Shown in pieces: positions 1 through 11,960 of a stretch of 64,000 bases of DNA. The stretch's first letter is position 1, and each line of letters begins with the position of its first letter. A program made the translations under genes and the position numbers. The notes below the pieces were generated by a model. That model searched no databases and had not been told where the DNA came from. It saw nothing but the letters and a program-made list of their open reading frames with translations. Source of the DNA: Octopus sinensis (taxonomy: Eukaryota); the NCBI RefSeq assembly GCF_006345805.1, contig NC_043000.1:150598001-150662000 (forward strand). The letters are read 5' to 3'.

Positions 1-401
1 CTTTTACTCTTTTACTTGTTTCAGTCATTTGACTTCGGCCATGCTGGAGCACCGCCTTTAGTCGAGCAAATCGACCCCGGGACTTATTTTTTGTAAGCCC
101 AGTACTTATTCTATCGGTCTCTTTTGCCGAACCGCTAAGTGACGGGGATGTAAACACACCAGCATCGGTTGTCAAGCAATGCTAGGGGGACAAACACAGA
201 CACACAAACACACAAATACATATATATATATACATATATACGACAGGCTTCTTTCAGTTTCCGTCTACCAAATCCACTCAAGGCATTGGTTGGCCTGGGG
301 CTATAGCAGAAGACACTTGCCCAAGATGCCACGCAGTGGGACTGAACCCGGAACCATGTGGTTGGTTAGCAAGCTACTTACCACACAGCCACTCCTGCGC
401 C
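1..401 (-). mobile_element. tRNA-derived SINE, family 1 (octopus OR-like, about 400 bp)
   Basis: Reverse complement has A box TGGCTGTGTGG, B box GGTTCAGTCCC, CORE-like CCTTGGGCAAGTGTCTT, internal (TA)/(TG) microsatellite and a (GTAAAAGA)n tail. Confidence 0.9.
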
Positions 402-773
402 TGTTGTATCTATTTCTTCATAGTTACTTTCACCTCATCTGTCTCCTCAAATTGTCCTCCAGTGGACTGAACAGCTGGAAGTCAGAAGACATTAGAATTG
501 GGTTGTAAGAAAGATGGAGGACCATTGACCAGCCCAATTTGCTGATTGCTTGATTTGTTGCTAAAGATGTATGTGGTTGCACATTGTCATGGTGAATGTT
601 GATTGTTTTAGATTCTTGTTTGGTCTTTTTCTCCTAATGGGCTTCTCTAGCTTTTTGAGTGTCTCAGTATACTGCTCACAGTTATGTTCCAGAAAATCAA
701 AGAGAATGATGCCTTGTCATCCCCCACAAAACAGTCACAACAACTTTCTTAGATCTTAGAAAAGTGGTATGAT

Positions 774-1092
774 GGCGCAGGAGTGGCTGTGTGGTAAGTA
801 GCTTGCTAACCAACCACATGGTTCCGGGTTCAGTCCCACTGCGTGGCACCTTGGGCAAGTGTCTTCTGCTATAGCCCCGGGCTGACCAAAGCCTTCTGAG
901 TGGATTTGGTAGACGGAAACTGAAAGAAGCCTGTCGTATATATGTATATATATATACATATATATGTGTGTGTGGGGGGTTGTGTGTCTGTGTTTGTCCC
1001 CCTAGCATTGCTTGACAACCGATGCTGGCGTGTTTATGTCCCCGTCACTTAGCGGTTCGGCAAAGAGACCGATAGAATAAGTACTGGGCTTA
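774..1092 (+). mobile_element. family 1 SINE, 3' truncated
   Basis: Same head and body as 1-401. Confidence 0.9.
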
Positions 1093-1552
1093 AAAAAAGT
1101 GTCATTATTGGCTTCAAATGATTCCAGCCAATCAGAGCAGATTTCCATTCTTCCCTCCTTCAAATCAGGTGTCAACTGCCAGGGTACTCTCTTTGCACAC
1201 ACTTTTCTACACACAAAATCTTCCACTATCTTCTGTAATTCATTGTGATCACAGTCCAGTTGTGTAGCAAGCTCACTGATTCATCTGCCTTTGCAGGTCA
1301 CTTTACCCAATCACTGGCAATACATGTCAGTGATTGCAGTCAATGGTTTCTCACTTGAATGTTTTGTCTTCAATGCTGGTTTCCTCTTATTTAAGTGTTT
1401 TCATCCATCTGCGCACAATACTCTTGACAATGATGTCAGCCATGTCAACAACCTGCAACCTCCTGTGGATGCCAGACAGCTTGTATCCTTCTTTTGTCAA
1501 GAACTCAATGATGGCTTGTTGCTTTTGCTTAGGAACCATTATTTGTCTGTAA
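1093..1552 (-). pseudogene. degraded mariner (Tc1/mariner) transposase fragment
   Basis: Minus-strand peptides KQKQQAIIEFLTKEG...IHRRLQVV...VRRW and RKVCAKRVPWQLTPDLKEGRMEICSDWL resemble the mariner HTH and WVPHEL-type region; frameshifted. Confidence 0.8.
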
Positions 1553-1949
1553 TCTTTATATATAAAAGTGAGGTTGTGTGCTGTCTGTCTGCTACGATTT
1601 AGATTCCTAACTATTCCCACATTTTGCGGTGCAGTTTAACCAAAACCGGGTATCTTATAGTCGTGATTCATATCGAGCCCTTCTGGGTATTAGCGCACAT
1701 CTACGATGAGTCTACGATTTAAAAAAAAAATTTACCATCAATTTTTCCCATTTTTAATGCATTTTTCGCATTTATAAGAGAAGTAACTCTCTAAAAATTT
1801 ATTATTAAATCTCAGAACGTAAAAAGCTACAGTAACACCCCCCCTTTGTGGTTAGCCTTATTGAGATGGCTATGATTCTTTACATCTCTAAAAATGCTTA
1901 TATAGTTATTTCCCTTACAAACCCGAGCAACGCCGGGTGATACTGCTAG
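1553..1949 (+). mobile_element. non-autonomous Helitron
   Basis: A|TC start (TCTTTATATATAAAA), subterminal hairpin CCCGAGCAACGCCGGG, CTAG|T end, no TSD. Confidence 0.82.
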
Positions 1950-2940
1950 TGAAGAATAAGAATAGTTACTATAGAGAAGTTACTCTATCAGCATTTGCGA
2001 TTTGAATGATCTTTGCCAATTAATACAAAAGTTATGCCCATTTTTGCATTACATTTGGTACAACTACCATATATATAAATAGGTGAAGGTTGGCAACAGG
2101 AAGGGTATCCACCTATATAAAATTTGCCACCATAAACTTTGTAGTGACGTCATTTTCCAGTGTGCGCACACGCAACGTCATTCTTCAGTGTGCGTGTGCG
2201 GAACGTCATTCTTCAGTGTGCGTGTGCGGGGCTGGAACCTTCTGGAAAGGCCTACGGAAGTTCCCTCATGCACATGTGCTAGAGATTGGGGAAGAAAATT
2301 CTATCGCGTTCCTTGTTTAGCGTCGTTGACTTGAGACACGGCTATTGAAGCGAAAGGACGTATTAAACGTGTGATCAGCCATTCTCCTGTCCCAGACGCT
2401 TAGAATTTCACCTGCTCTGTTGCTGCTGAATTTGCTGTAATAATCTTACAAATGTTAAAATTCAGCCTTGCTATATTGAACCAAGTGGATACCAATATAC
2501 CTACGTGCTTCATTTGTAAATAAGAGAATAAAGAATCATATATATTTTTAAAGTTGCGTTTTGTTCCTGACTGGTAGTTTCTAGAAACAAAAAGAAAGGA
2601 AATTGGTTGCACCCGAGCAGTGTAAAGAATTAACCAGTTCCATTACAACTTTATCCAACCCATGTAAGCATGGAGAAGTGGACATTAAATGATGATGATA
2701 CGTATGAAGTTGTCAAAAAGATCCTCTTGAATGTTACTAATTCTTGAGAATAGTGTTAAATTGATAATTACAAATTGTTAAATAATTCTCTTTGCTATTA
2801 AGTAACAAAAATAGGTTCGACATCCACTTTGTGATATCTGGTTAGTTACAGTAGGGTTAAAATAATTGCTTTAACAAAACAAAAAGGAATTCTATCAGAT
2901 AATGCATATAAAACAGCAAAATATAAAGAAAATCTGTACA

Positions 2941-3313
2941 GGCGCAGGAGTGGCTGTGTGGTAAGTAGCTTGCTAACCAACTACGTGGTTCCGGGTTCAG
3001 TCCCACTGCGTGGCATCTTGGGCAAGTGTCTTCTGCTATAGCCCCGGGCTGACCAAAGCCTTGTGAGTGGATTTGGTTGACGGAAACTGAAAGAAGCCTG
3101 TCGTATATATGTGTGTATGTGTTTGTGTGTGTGTGTTTGTCCCCCTTGCATTGCTTGACAACCAATGCTGGTGTGTTTACAAAAGAGACCGATAGAATAA
3201 GTACTGGGCTTACAAAGAATAAGTCCCGGGGTCGATTTGCTCGACTAAAGGCGGTGCTCCAGCATGGCCGCAGTCAAATGACTGAAACAAGTAAAAGAGT
3301 AAAAGAGAGAGAG
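2941..3313 (+). mobile_element. family 1 SINE
   Basis: Full head to tail with a small internal deletion. Confidence 0.9.
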
Positions 3314-3493
3314 TAAATCAAAATTGCGAACAGCAGCTTTTAATGTGACCATGATAACACAAAAGCAAAATTTATCTGGTCGAGCTTGAGCCAAAAATGG
3401 AAAAACCAGAGCTACTTTTCTAAACTTTGAAATATGTTTTGACTAAAACTATTTTATATATAATATTATCCTTTCTTTTTTTATCTATTTCAG

Positions 3494-3565
3494 TTCTTGA
3501 ATTTGAATTGAGAAAAGCTCATGAAACTATTAAAGGACTTCGTGCAACTCTTACAAAAGGTGCAA
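3494..3565 (+). CDS. RELCH: RELCH/KIAA1468 coding exon (first in window; coiled coil)
   Basis: tttcag acceptor; encodes VLEFELRKAHETIKGLRATLTKGA, matching the remembered vertebrate VLEFELRKAKETIQALRANLTKAA. Donor is after 3565 or 3559; both give phase 1. Confidence 0.88.
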
Positions 3566-3679
3566 GTGAACATTTACTAGTTAACATTTTTTTTCAGTTA
3601 CTTCTCAACAAATTTGAAGAATATATCAGAATGAATCATACAAGACAAACATATATTAACTTTATAAAAAGTTAATATA

Positions 3680-3733
3680 GGTGGTGCCCCAGCATGGCCA
3701 CGGCCTTCGGGCTAAAACATTTTTAAGGATTTA
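3680..3733 (+). mobile_element. orphan LINE/SINE 3' tail (second copy at 48969-49023)
   Basis: GGTGGTGCCCCAGCATGGCCACGGCCTTCGGGCTAAAACA followed by a TTTAAGGA repeat; a variant of the family 1 tail. Confidence 0.7.
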
Positions 3734-3738
3734 TAGGT

Positions 3739-3962
3739 TTAACCCTTTAGTGTTCGCATTATTCTGCCAAAATTAATGCTTCTTCATCCACATTGTTTTG
3801 AACTAATCATGCATTAATCTTGTAGCTATGAGATTTTGATGAGGTAGCTGTTAATTTTTAAAACGATGGGTTGGTGTGAAAGACCAGATCTGGCCAGTTT
3901 GAACATAAAACAGGCAGAATACTTTTGGCCGGATGTGGCCGGTTTAAATGCTAAAGGGTTAA
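3739..3962. mobile_element. piggyBac-like TTAA MITE
   Basis: TTAA-CCCTTTAG ... CTAAAGGG-TTAA; related copies at 21418-21644, about 6340-6531, and about 54210-54820 (split by a SINE). Confidence 0.8.
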
Positions 3963-4129
3963 AGAAATTTATAAAGCCTTTAATCTGAAATACATTTAAA
4001 GCAGAATAATTACATTATTTTTGGTTGTAGAAAGAATTAAGTTGATTCAAGATGTATTGAGGATTTGTAAATGTAGTAGAATAAGGTAATTGTTTCAAGA
4101 ATATGAATAAAAATAGAGATGGATAGTAT

Positions 4130-4428
4130 GTTTGTTCCTTCTCAAGCCATGCCTGGCTCATAAGGGCTGGTTTCCCGGTGTCTTGGCGTATAGGTTCCCC
4201 ACCTGGACGGGACGCCGGTCCGTCACAGGTGAGCTGCAAGATGCAGGAGGAAAGAGTGAGAGAAAGTTGTGGTAAAAGAGTCAGCAGAGGTTCGCCATTT
4301 CCTTCTGCCGGAGCCGCATGGAGCTTAGGTGTTTCGCTCATAAACACACACACCGCCCGGTCTGAGATTCGAACCCGTGATCCCTTGACCACTAGTCCGC
4401 TGCTCTAACCACTAGGCCATGTGCCTCC
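4130..4428 (-). mobile_element. tRNA-derived SINE, family 3-related
   Basis: Reverse complement has TGGCCTAGTGGTTAGAGCAGCGGACT...GGGTTCGAATCTC; shares its body with 7499-7878. Confidence 0.8.
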
Positions 4429-4909
4429 ACAGATGGATAGCAACATCTTTGTGATTAAAAACTGTGGTTTTGGGTTTGATCCCACTGTGTGGCACCTTCA
4501 GTGAGTTTCAGCTAATTAAACCTTGGATTGTCCAAAGCTTTGTGAGTAAAATTTGGTAGAGGGAAGGTGTACAGAAGCTTGTTGAAAGTAATTTGTCACC
4601 CAGTTTAAAACCACACCTGGTCCTCTCAGATGCTTGTAGTGGAATCCACTGTGTTGCAAGCATTTGAATAGGTCTCTGATCTGAGTATAACTTACTCTGT
4701 TTCTGTCAATTGTATAAGCCCTAGAAAAGGGAGCAAGCACTGCCCTTTCTCCTTTGGGTGAGCAATTAAAAAACAAAAAGATGTTTAATATAATAGGACT
4801 GTTTTGTTATTTCTCTTTAAAAGTGTTTTAGTTACATGTTAATTAAACTGTTTAGTTTGTATTTCATTTTTCATTTAGTGTTGTGAACGTTGTTTGATTT
4901 TTCCCACAG

Positions 4910-5082
4910 AAACTGAACTTGCCTCTCCAGAACAAGGCCGAGAAGGTTTGATCCCAGGAGGTAAAGAAGAAATTATTAAACTTTTGGAAAAGAAAGCACT
5001 TAACTTTTTAGTTAATGAATATCTGTTGCTCAGTAACTACAAACTCACATCTGTGACATTTTCTGAAGAAAATGGAGATCAG
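4910..5082 (+). CDS. RELCH: RELCH exon, LisH motif
   Basis: cag/gtaata; encodes ...EKKALNFLVNEYLLLSNYKLTSVTFSEENGDQ (human as recalled: EKRALNFLVNEFLLKNNYKLTSITFSDENDDQ). Confidence 0.95.
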
Positions 5083-5327
5083 GTAATAACATATTAATTC
5101 ATATGAAAAGTTCAATTTTTATTACTTATTGAAAAATACTATACTTTTAATATTTCATTCAAACTTCCCTTTGTACTCATTATCTTCCCTTAACTTTGAT
5201 TATTATAAGGTTTAGCTATTAAGAGACAGTATTTTGAAATAGTTGTGAATTCCACAGTTACTGCTACTTGGTTAATATGTGAAGGATTAAAGTTAAGTGG
5301 ACTTGGTTATTTCTATTTGTACACATA

Positions 5328-5716
5328 GGCGTAGGAGTGGCTGTGTGGTAAGTAGCTTGCTTATGAACCACATGGTTCCGGGTTCAGTCCCACTGCATGG
5401 CACCTTGGGCAAGTGTCTTCTGCTATAGCCTCGGGCCGACCAAAGCCTTGTGAGTGGATTTGGTAGACAGAAACTGAAAGAAGCCCGTCGTATATATATA
5501 TGTATATATATATATATATGTGTATGTTTGTGTGTTGTGTTTGCCCCCCTCCCCCAACATCGCTTGGTGTGTTTACGTCCCTGTAACTTAGCGGTTCAGC
5601 AAAAGAGACTGATAGAATAAGTACTAGGCTTACAAAGAATAAGTTCTGGGGTCGATTTCCTTGACTAAAGGCGGTGCTCCAGCATGGCCACAGTCAAATG
5701 ACTGAAACAAGTAAAT
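5328..5716 (+). mobile_element. family 1 SINE
   Basis: Full-length copy. Confidence 0.9.
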
Positions 5717-5919
5717 GAAAAAACATGAATTAACTTTGGTTTCCGATGAGTGGTAGGTTGGTAGAATCATTAGAACATTTGAAAAAATGTTCTACAGTGT
5801 TTTTATCTATTTTTTTTTTACATGCTGAGTTTAAATCCTGCTGAGGTCCACTTTGTGTTTCATTCTTTCAGGGTTGATAAAAAAATGTATCAGTCAAGTG
5901 CTGGGGGTTGGTGGTATTG

Positions 5920-6150
5920 CGGCGAGCTGGCAGAAATGTTAGCACGCCAGGTGAAATGCTTAGCGGTATTTCGTCTGCGTTACGTTCTCAGTTCAAATTC
6001 CGCCGAGGTCGACTTTGCCTTTCATCCTTTCGGGGTCGATAAATTAAGTACCAGTTATGCACTGGGGTCGATGTAATCGACTTAATACCTATGTCTGTCC
6101 TTGTTTGTCCCCTCTGTGTTTAGCCCCTTGTGGGTAATAAAGAAATAGGT
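5920..6150 (+). mobile_element. SINE family 2 with GCCTTTCATCCTTTCGGGGTCGATAAA central domain
   Basis: Near-identical to 47408-47641; degenerate copies at about 9770-9915 and 52265-52460 (minus). The central motif resembles conserved SINE core domains; exact domain not assigned. Confidence 0.8.
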
Positions 6151-6659
6151 ATTGACTAACTCTTCCCTTCGAAATTGTTGGCTTTGTGTGTAAATGAGAA
6201 ATAATTATAATAAAAAAACAGATTCTGAATGACATAAACAAAAATAACATCAACTAAAACAACGGCATAAACTTAAACAACATTAGCAGAAATTCCAACA
6301 ATATTTCTTTGCTAGCATTATAAACCAAACAGGGCTTTCTTTATATTTAATTTACTCTGTCAGATGTAATACTTTTTCACTCAAATTGTTTTGAATTAAT
6401 CATGCATTATCTTGTACCTTTGAGATATCAGTGATATGATTGTTCATTTTTCATTTTTACAATAACATTGTAGGATAGGTGTGAGAAGCTGGACATGGCT
6501 GGATATGACAGGTTTAAATGCAAAAGGGTTAACAGATATTCAATTGTCAGATAGCTATCTATTTTTTGACAAATTTATTAAAATTCCAAATATTAAATGA
6601 TTATTAATTAAAAATCTGCTTCAGGAATAGTACTTGTTTCTTGAAAATTATTGTACATT

Positions 6660-7390
6660 TTATCATCATCATCATCATCATCATCGTTTAACGTCTGCTT
6701 TCCATGCTAGCATGGGTTGGACGAATGACTGAGGGCTGGCAAACCAGATGGCTGCACCAGGCTTCAATCTTGATCTGGCAGAGTTTCTACAGCTGGATGC
6801 CCTTCCTAATGCCAACCACTCTGAGAGTGTAGTGGGTGCTTTTACGTGCCACCAGCACGGGGGCCAGTCGGGCGGTACTGGCAATGACTTCGCTTGAATC
6901 TTTTACACATGCCACCGGCACAGGTGCCAGTAAGGCGATACTGGTTTAAATGAGAAATAATTATAAAAAAAAATTATTCTGAATGACATAAACAAAAATA
7001 TTATCAACTCGAATGGTGTCTTTTACATGCCACCGGCACGGAGGCCGGATAGCCGCTCTGGCAACGATCACACTCGGATGGTGCTCTTAATACCCTACTA
7101 GCACGGGGATCTAGTGCCAGTATGTCGACGCTGGTAATGATCATGCTCGAATGGTACCTTTTAAGTGCCACTGGTACTGAAGCCGGTTAGCTGCTCTGTC
7201 AATGATCACACTCGTATGGTGCTCTTTGCACCCTACTAGCACGGTACTCAAGTGCCAGTGTGGTGACGCTGGTAACGATCACGCTCGAATGGTGCCTTTT
7301 AAGTGCCACTGGCACTGAAGCCAGTTAGCTGCTCTGTCAACGATCACACTTGTATGGTGCTCTTTGCACCCTGCAAGCACGGATGCCAAT
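6660..7390 (-). mobile_element. RTE-type LINE 3' UTR/tail element with internal repeats
   Basis: Reverse complement ends GGAAGGGCATCCAGC...CCCATGCTAGCATGGAAAGCAGACGTTAAACGATGATGATG, the same tail that follows RTE ORF2 sequence at 14480-15472. Further copies near 8775-9110, 12202-12610, 26640-26750, 38108-38265, 39598-39840, 46850-46970, 48660-48830, 52758-53185, 59100-59665, 61830-62045 and 62797-63120. Confidence 0.8.
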
Positions 7391-7498
7391 CATCGAATTT
7401 GATTTTGTTTATTTTGCTTGTTACATTAATAATCCCTGTGATTATTGAACGCAATAAGTATAGAACTATCAAAAAGTATTCACAGAGTATGTATATGT

Positions 7499-7878
7499 GG
7501 AGGCGCAATGGCCCAGTGGTTAGGGCAGCGGATTCACGGTCATAGGATCGCGGTTTTGATTCCCAGACCGGGCGTTGTGAGTGTTTATTGAGCGAAAACA
7601 CCTAAAGATCCACGAGGCTCCGGCAGGGGATGGTGGTGATCCCTGCTGTACTCTTTCACCACAACTTTCTCTCACTCTTACTTCCTGTTTCTGTTGTACC
7701 TGTATTTCAAAGGGCCGGCCTTGTCACTTTTTGTGTCACGCTGAATATCCCCGAGAACTACGTTAAGGGTACACGTGTCTGTGGAGTGCTCAGCCACTTA
7801 CACGTTAATTTCACGAGCAGGCTGTTCCGTTGGTCGGATCAACCGGAACCCTCATCGTCGTAACTGACGGAATGCTTC
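7499..7878 (+). mobile_element. tRNA-derived SINE family 3
   Basis: TGGCCCAGTGGTTAGGGCAGCGG head; related to 46547-46850; ends about 35 nt before the 7915 exon acceptor. Confidence 0.82.
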
Positions 7879-7914
7879 TATATGTCTATAGACGCATATA
7901 TTTTTCATTTGCAG

Positions 7915-8103
7915 GATTTTGAAGACTGGGATGATGTTGGACTCAATATACCAAAACCTCCAAGCTTGTTATATCTGTTCCGAGATTATGGCACTCGTGC
8001 ATTTCCCTCTATAGAAACTTATGATGTTGGTTGTTATGTCAATTTAGAAAACGAACATTTAATTGATTTACAAACAAAATGGAAAAGTAAAAAAGACAAT
8101 TTA
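7915..8103 (+). CDS. RELCH: RELCH exon
   Basis: gcag/gtaagt; DFEDWDDVGLNIPKPPSLLYLFRD..., phase 0-0. Confidence 0.95.
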
Positions 8104-8212
8104 GTAAGTACTTTAAATGAAATTCTCTCATTATGTATTTCAATGTTTATTGAATTTAAAAAAAAAAAACTTTTCTTTTTTTTGTACTAAACTTTTATTA
8201 AATTTTCTTCAG

Positions 8213-8295
8213 GAGAGTAAAATTTTTCAATTGGAAAATGAAATTATTGAAATTAACAAACAGAAAGATGAATTGATTTTGCAGCTTAATGAATG
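8213..8295 (+). CDS. RELCH: RELCH exon (coiled coil)
   Basis: ttcag/gtgag; ESKIFQLENEIIEINKQKDELILQLNE; phase 0-2. Confidence 0.85.
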
Positions 8296-10112
8296 GTGAG
8301 CAATTACATATTTTTTAATTTCATTTGTTGATTTGTAATTAAAAACTGAATTTGAAAAGTAAGATTGGGATAGGATTGTGGATTTAATGTTTTCTGTGGG
8401 AAAGTTAAAACTAGAAACTAGAAGATAGCAGTTCAGAGTTAGTATAAAGTATATTTTACTAACATTATAAATAAAAAAAAACGTGTGGCTACTGATGGTT
8501 AACAAAGGTTATTAAAGGATGATTAATAGTTAATGTTCTTTTGATCATTAGACATTGCTTTCACTATTTTTAATACATTTTGAGAACATACAGAAATACA
8601 TAGCCTTGTTTAGCTAGAACACTACCGCTGTGAAAGAATTGGATTATAGCTGATTTATGAAGTGTATAACAAGATTGGTCATGTTATTAGGGAATAATAC
8701 AAGATAAATAAATTTATTTGGTTTATTTGAAAATTAATCTGAATATCTCTGTATAATAAAAGTTTAGATCTTTTAATCACCATCCTTTAATGTCCATTTT
8801 CCATGCTAGCAAGATGTTTGTACTCAAGAAGACCCTGTACTCCACAGCAGAAGCATTAAGGCCACTCCCTGCAAGAATCCTGAGCTGGTGCCATGTGAAA
8901 CGCACTTGTGCTGGTGTCAAGTAAAATGCACTTGTGCTGATGACATGAAAAAGTACCCAAGACGTTCTGTAAAGTGGTTGGTATGAAGAAGGGCATCTAG
9001 CTGTAGAAACCAAGCCAAATCAGACTGGAGCCTGGTGCAGCTCTCCAGCTTGCCAGCTCTGGTCAAACCAGCTAGCTGATGCCAGCATGGACAATGGATG
9101 TTAAATGACGAAAGGTTTAGTCAGGGAAAAGAGCTGCATCCAAGGCCTTTGCAGGTTCTCTAAGTCTGGTGAAATTGATGAGGTTGAGTCCATCTGAAAC
9201 AAATGCATGAAAAATTTTGGTGATGAGGAAATTCTGAATAGATGGTATTTTGAAAAGGAAGAATTGGGAAAGTAGTTAGTACATGCCCAGGGGTAAGGAA
9301 CACATAGAATCGGGCATGAAAAAGAGAGGGGTGAATGTGTTGAGTGGGCTTAGATGGAGGTGGTGATCAATCAGTTGATTCTAAGAAGTAGATGTCATTG
9401 TTGCAGTAATAGAGGAATCAGAATTACAACACAAACTGTTTGTTGGTTAGAGTTTGGAGTGTGTTTGTGGGTAACTCCATGCCAGTCAGTTGGGTAGCTT
9501 TTTTTATATGGTCAAGGATGTTTCTCTGAGCAGCAGCAGTAGTAGTAATAGCATTTCAAATGTTGAATTAATATTCTATTGTGAGTTTCACTTGAGCTTT
9601 GTAGGTCAGCACCTGTTGGAAACTGAAGCATTTTCAAACCCTGAGGTGGAAGACAAGTCTTTAGAATGCAGTTTTTGCTACATTGTGAAAGCTATGTTTC
9701 CCAAAACTCAAAGCATTAATTACTGACTTCAAATTTTGCCTCAAGGTCAGCAATTTTAGGGAAGTGGGTAAGTTACTTATATCGACCCCAGTGATCAACT
9801 GGTACCTATTTTATTGAGCCCTAAGGGATGAAAGGTTAAAGCTGACCATGGAAGAAATTGAACTCAGAACAGACAAAGTGCCTCTAAGCATTTTACCTGG
9901 CATGCTCGCCACCTTATAGGTATTAATTATTGATTGTGTTTACAACTATATACTTTTCTGCTACTAATTATTGGACTATAAATAGGAGTGAATTTTTTCA
10001 GCAGTGAGGAAACTAAAGAATACAAATTTTTGGTGTTTTTTCTTTGCTTGATTCTCACCACAATGGTTAGAGTAATGTTTGCATTCAAGATTGGGTTCAG
10101 TTGTTCAGTTCC

Positions 10113-10340
10113 TTAACCCTTTTGTTACTAACCCGGCTGAAACCGGCTCTGGCTCTGAGTACAAATGTCTTGTTTTCATAAGTTTTGAATTAAAATCTTC
10201 CACCAAACCTTAGTCACAATTTATGTTCCTAATACAAGCTGAATGATAACTAAGTTATTTTACTGAATTCTTTGTTATATTTAAAGTAATTGAAAGAAAC
10301 ACAGAGCATCTCAAAATAAATTCAGTAATGAAAGGGTTAA
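10113..10340. mobile_element. piggyBac-like TTAA MITE, second family
   Basis: TTAACCCTTT ... AAAGGGTTAA termini; internal sequence unrelated to 3739-3962. Confidence 0.7.
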
Positions 10341-10422
10341 TCATACAGTTGTGCTTTTCTTTACCATTTCAAATTTCATCATTATAACTAAATGGATTAA
10401 TTTGTATTTTATTTCTCTGAAG

Positions 10423-10602
10423 GAGGCAAAATGCTTCATCCCCTGAGAACACATCTATTCCAAACCATTCTAGACAGCTATCCTGTGAGAATTCACACCC
10501 AGATCCTGCCAATATTGAAAATGCAGTCAACACAGTTTTGGATGGCATGAGTGACCAGGGATATTATGAACAGCAGCATTTAAACCCTAATGAAGATGAG
10601 AG
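10423..10602 (+). CDS. RELCH: RELCH exon (poorly conserved linker)
   Basis: gaag/gtaata; open 180 nt, phase 2-2, compatible with both neighbours (RQNASSPENT...NEDER). Confidence 0.78.
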
Positions 10603-10795
10603 GTAATAAATTGTCCTCTAATTAATTTGTCATAATCGGGTGGAGGTGTGATTGTGTGGTAAGAGTAAGAGATTTGCTTCCTAATCACGTTGTTCTAAGT
10701 TCAATCACACTGCATGGCAAGTGTCTTCTACTGTAGCCCTGGGCTGACCAAAGCCTTCTGAGTAGATTTGGGAGACAAAAACTGAAAAGAATCTC

Positions 10796-10836
<41 letters not shown>

Positions 10837-10909
10837 ATATGTATGTCTATGTGTATTACTCTCTCCTTGCCTTGGCATCGCATGATAGTTGTAAACAAAT
10901 GTTACCATA

Positions 10910-11330
10910 GGCGCAGGAGTGGCTGTGTGGTAAGTAGCTTGCTAACCAACCACATGGTTCCGGGTTCAGTCCCACTGCGTGGCATCTTGGGCGAGTGTCT
11001 TCTGCTATAGCCCCGGGCCGACCAATGCCATGTGAGTGGATTTGGTAGACGGAAACTGAAAGAAGCCTGTCATATATATGTATATATATATATAAGTGTG
11101 TGTGTATATGTTTGTGTGTCTGTGTTTGTCCCCCTAGCATTGCTTGACAACTGATGCTGGTGTGTTTACATCCCCGTCACTTAGCGGTTCGGCAAAAGAC
11201 ACCGATAGAATAAGTACTGGGCTTACAAAGAATAAGTCCCAGAGTCGATTTACTCGACTAAAAGGCGCTGCTCCAGCATGGCCGCAGTCAAATGACTGAA
11301 ACAAGTAGAAGAGTTAAAGAGTAAAAGAGT
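10910..11330 (+). mobile_element. family 1 SINE
   Basis: Full-length copy. Confidence 0.9.
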
Positions 11331-11595
11331 ATCATATCAGCAACATCCTTTGATCTTCCTCTATTAAAACATGTTTGATCTTGGGAAAAATTTTTTTTAT
11401 TTGGAAACAGATTAGGGTTGGCCAGAGGAAGGACATCTGTCTATTGAAAATCTTTCTCAACAAAATTCTGTCCAATCCATGCAAGCATGGAGAAAAGGAT
11501 GTTAAATCAACGATGACAACAACAATGCTGATGATAATGACTTTGCAATTACTTTTGTTTCAAGTTGTTTCAATTTCATATCAATTAATGCTCAT

Positions 11596-11798
11596 TACTC
11601 TTTTACTTGTTTCAGTCATTTGACTGCGGTCATGCTGGAGCACCGCCTTTAGTCGAGCAAATCGACCCCGGGACTTATTCTTTGTAAGCCCAGTACTTAC
11701 TCTATCGGTCTCTTTTGCCGAACCGCTAAGTTACGGGGACGTAAACACACCAGCATCGGTTGTCAAGCAATGCTAGGGGGACAAACACAGACACACAA

Positions 11799-11842
<44 letters not shown>

Positions 11843-11960
11843 GACAGGCTTCTTTCAGTTTCCGTCTACCAAATCCACTCACAAGGCATTGGTCAGCCTG
11901 GGGCTTTAGCAGAAGACACTTGCCCAAGATGCCACGCAGTGGTACTGAACCCGGAACCAT
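11596..11960 (-). mobile_element. family 1 SINE, head truncated
   Basis: Inverted relative to 10910-11330. Confidence 0.9.

Noticed and set aside
135-1008. Recurrent ORFs such as MLGGQTQTHKH...RQASFSFRLPNPL...
   Set aside because: Translations of the family 1 SINE, repeated at every copy on both strands; not genes.
7499-7575. tRNA genes at SINE heads
   Set aside because: Heads continue into SINE bodies and lack complete cloverleaf pairing.
8930-8965. CTGATGA-cat-GAAA hammerhead-like string
   Set aside because: No helix II, helix III or helix I pairing; lies in a degenerate RTE 3' UTR repeat.
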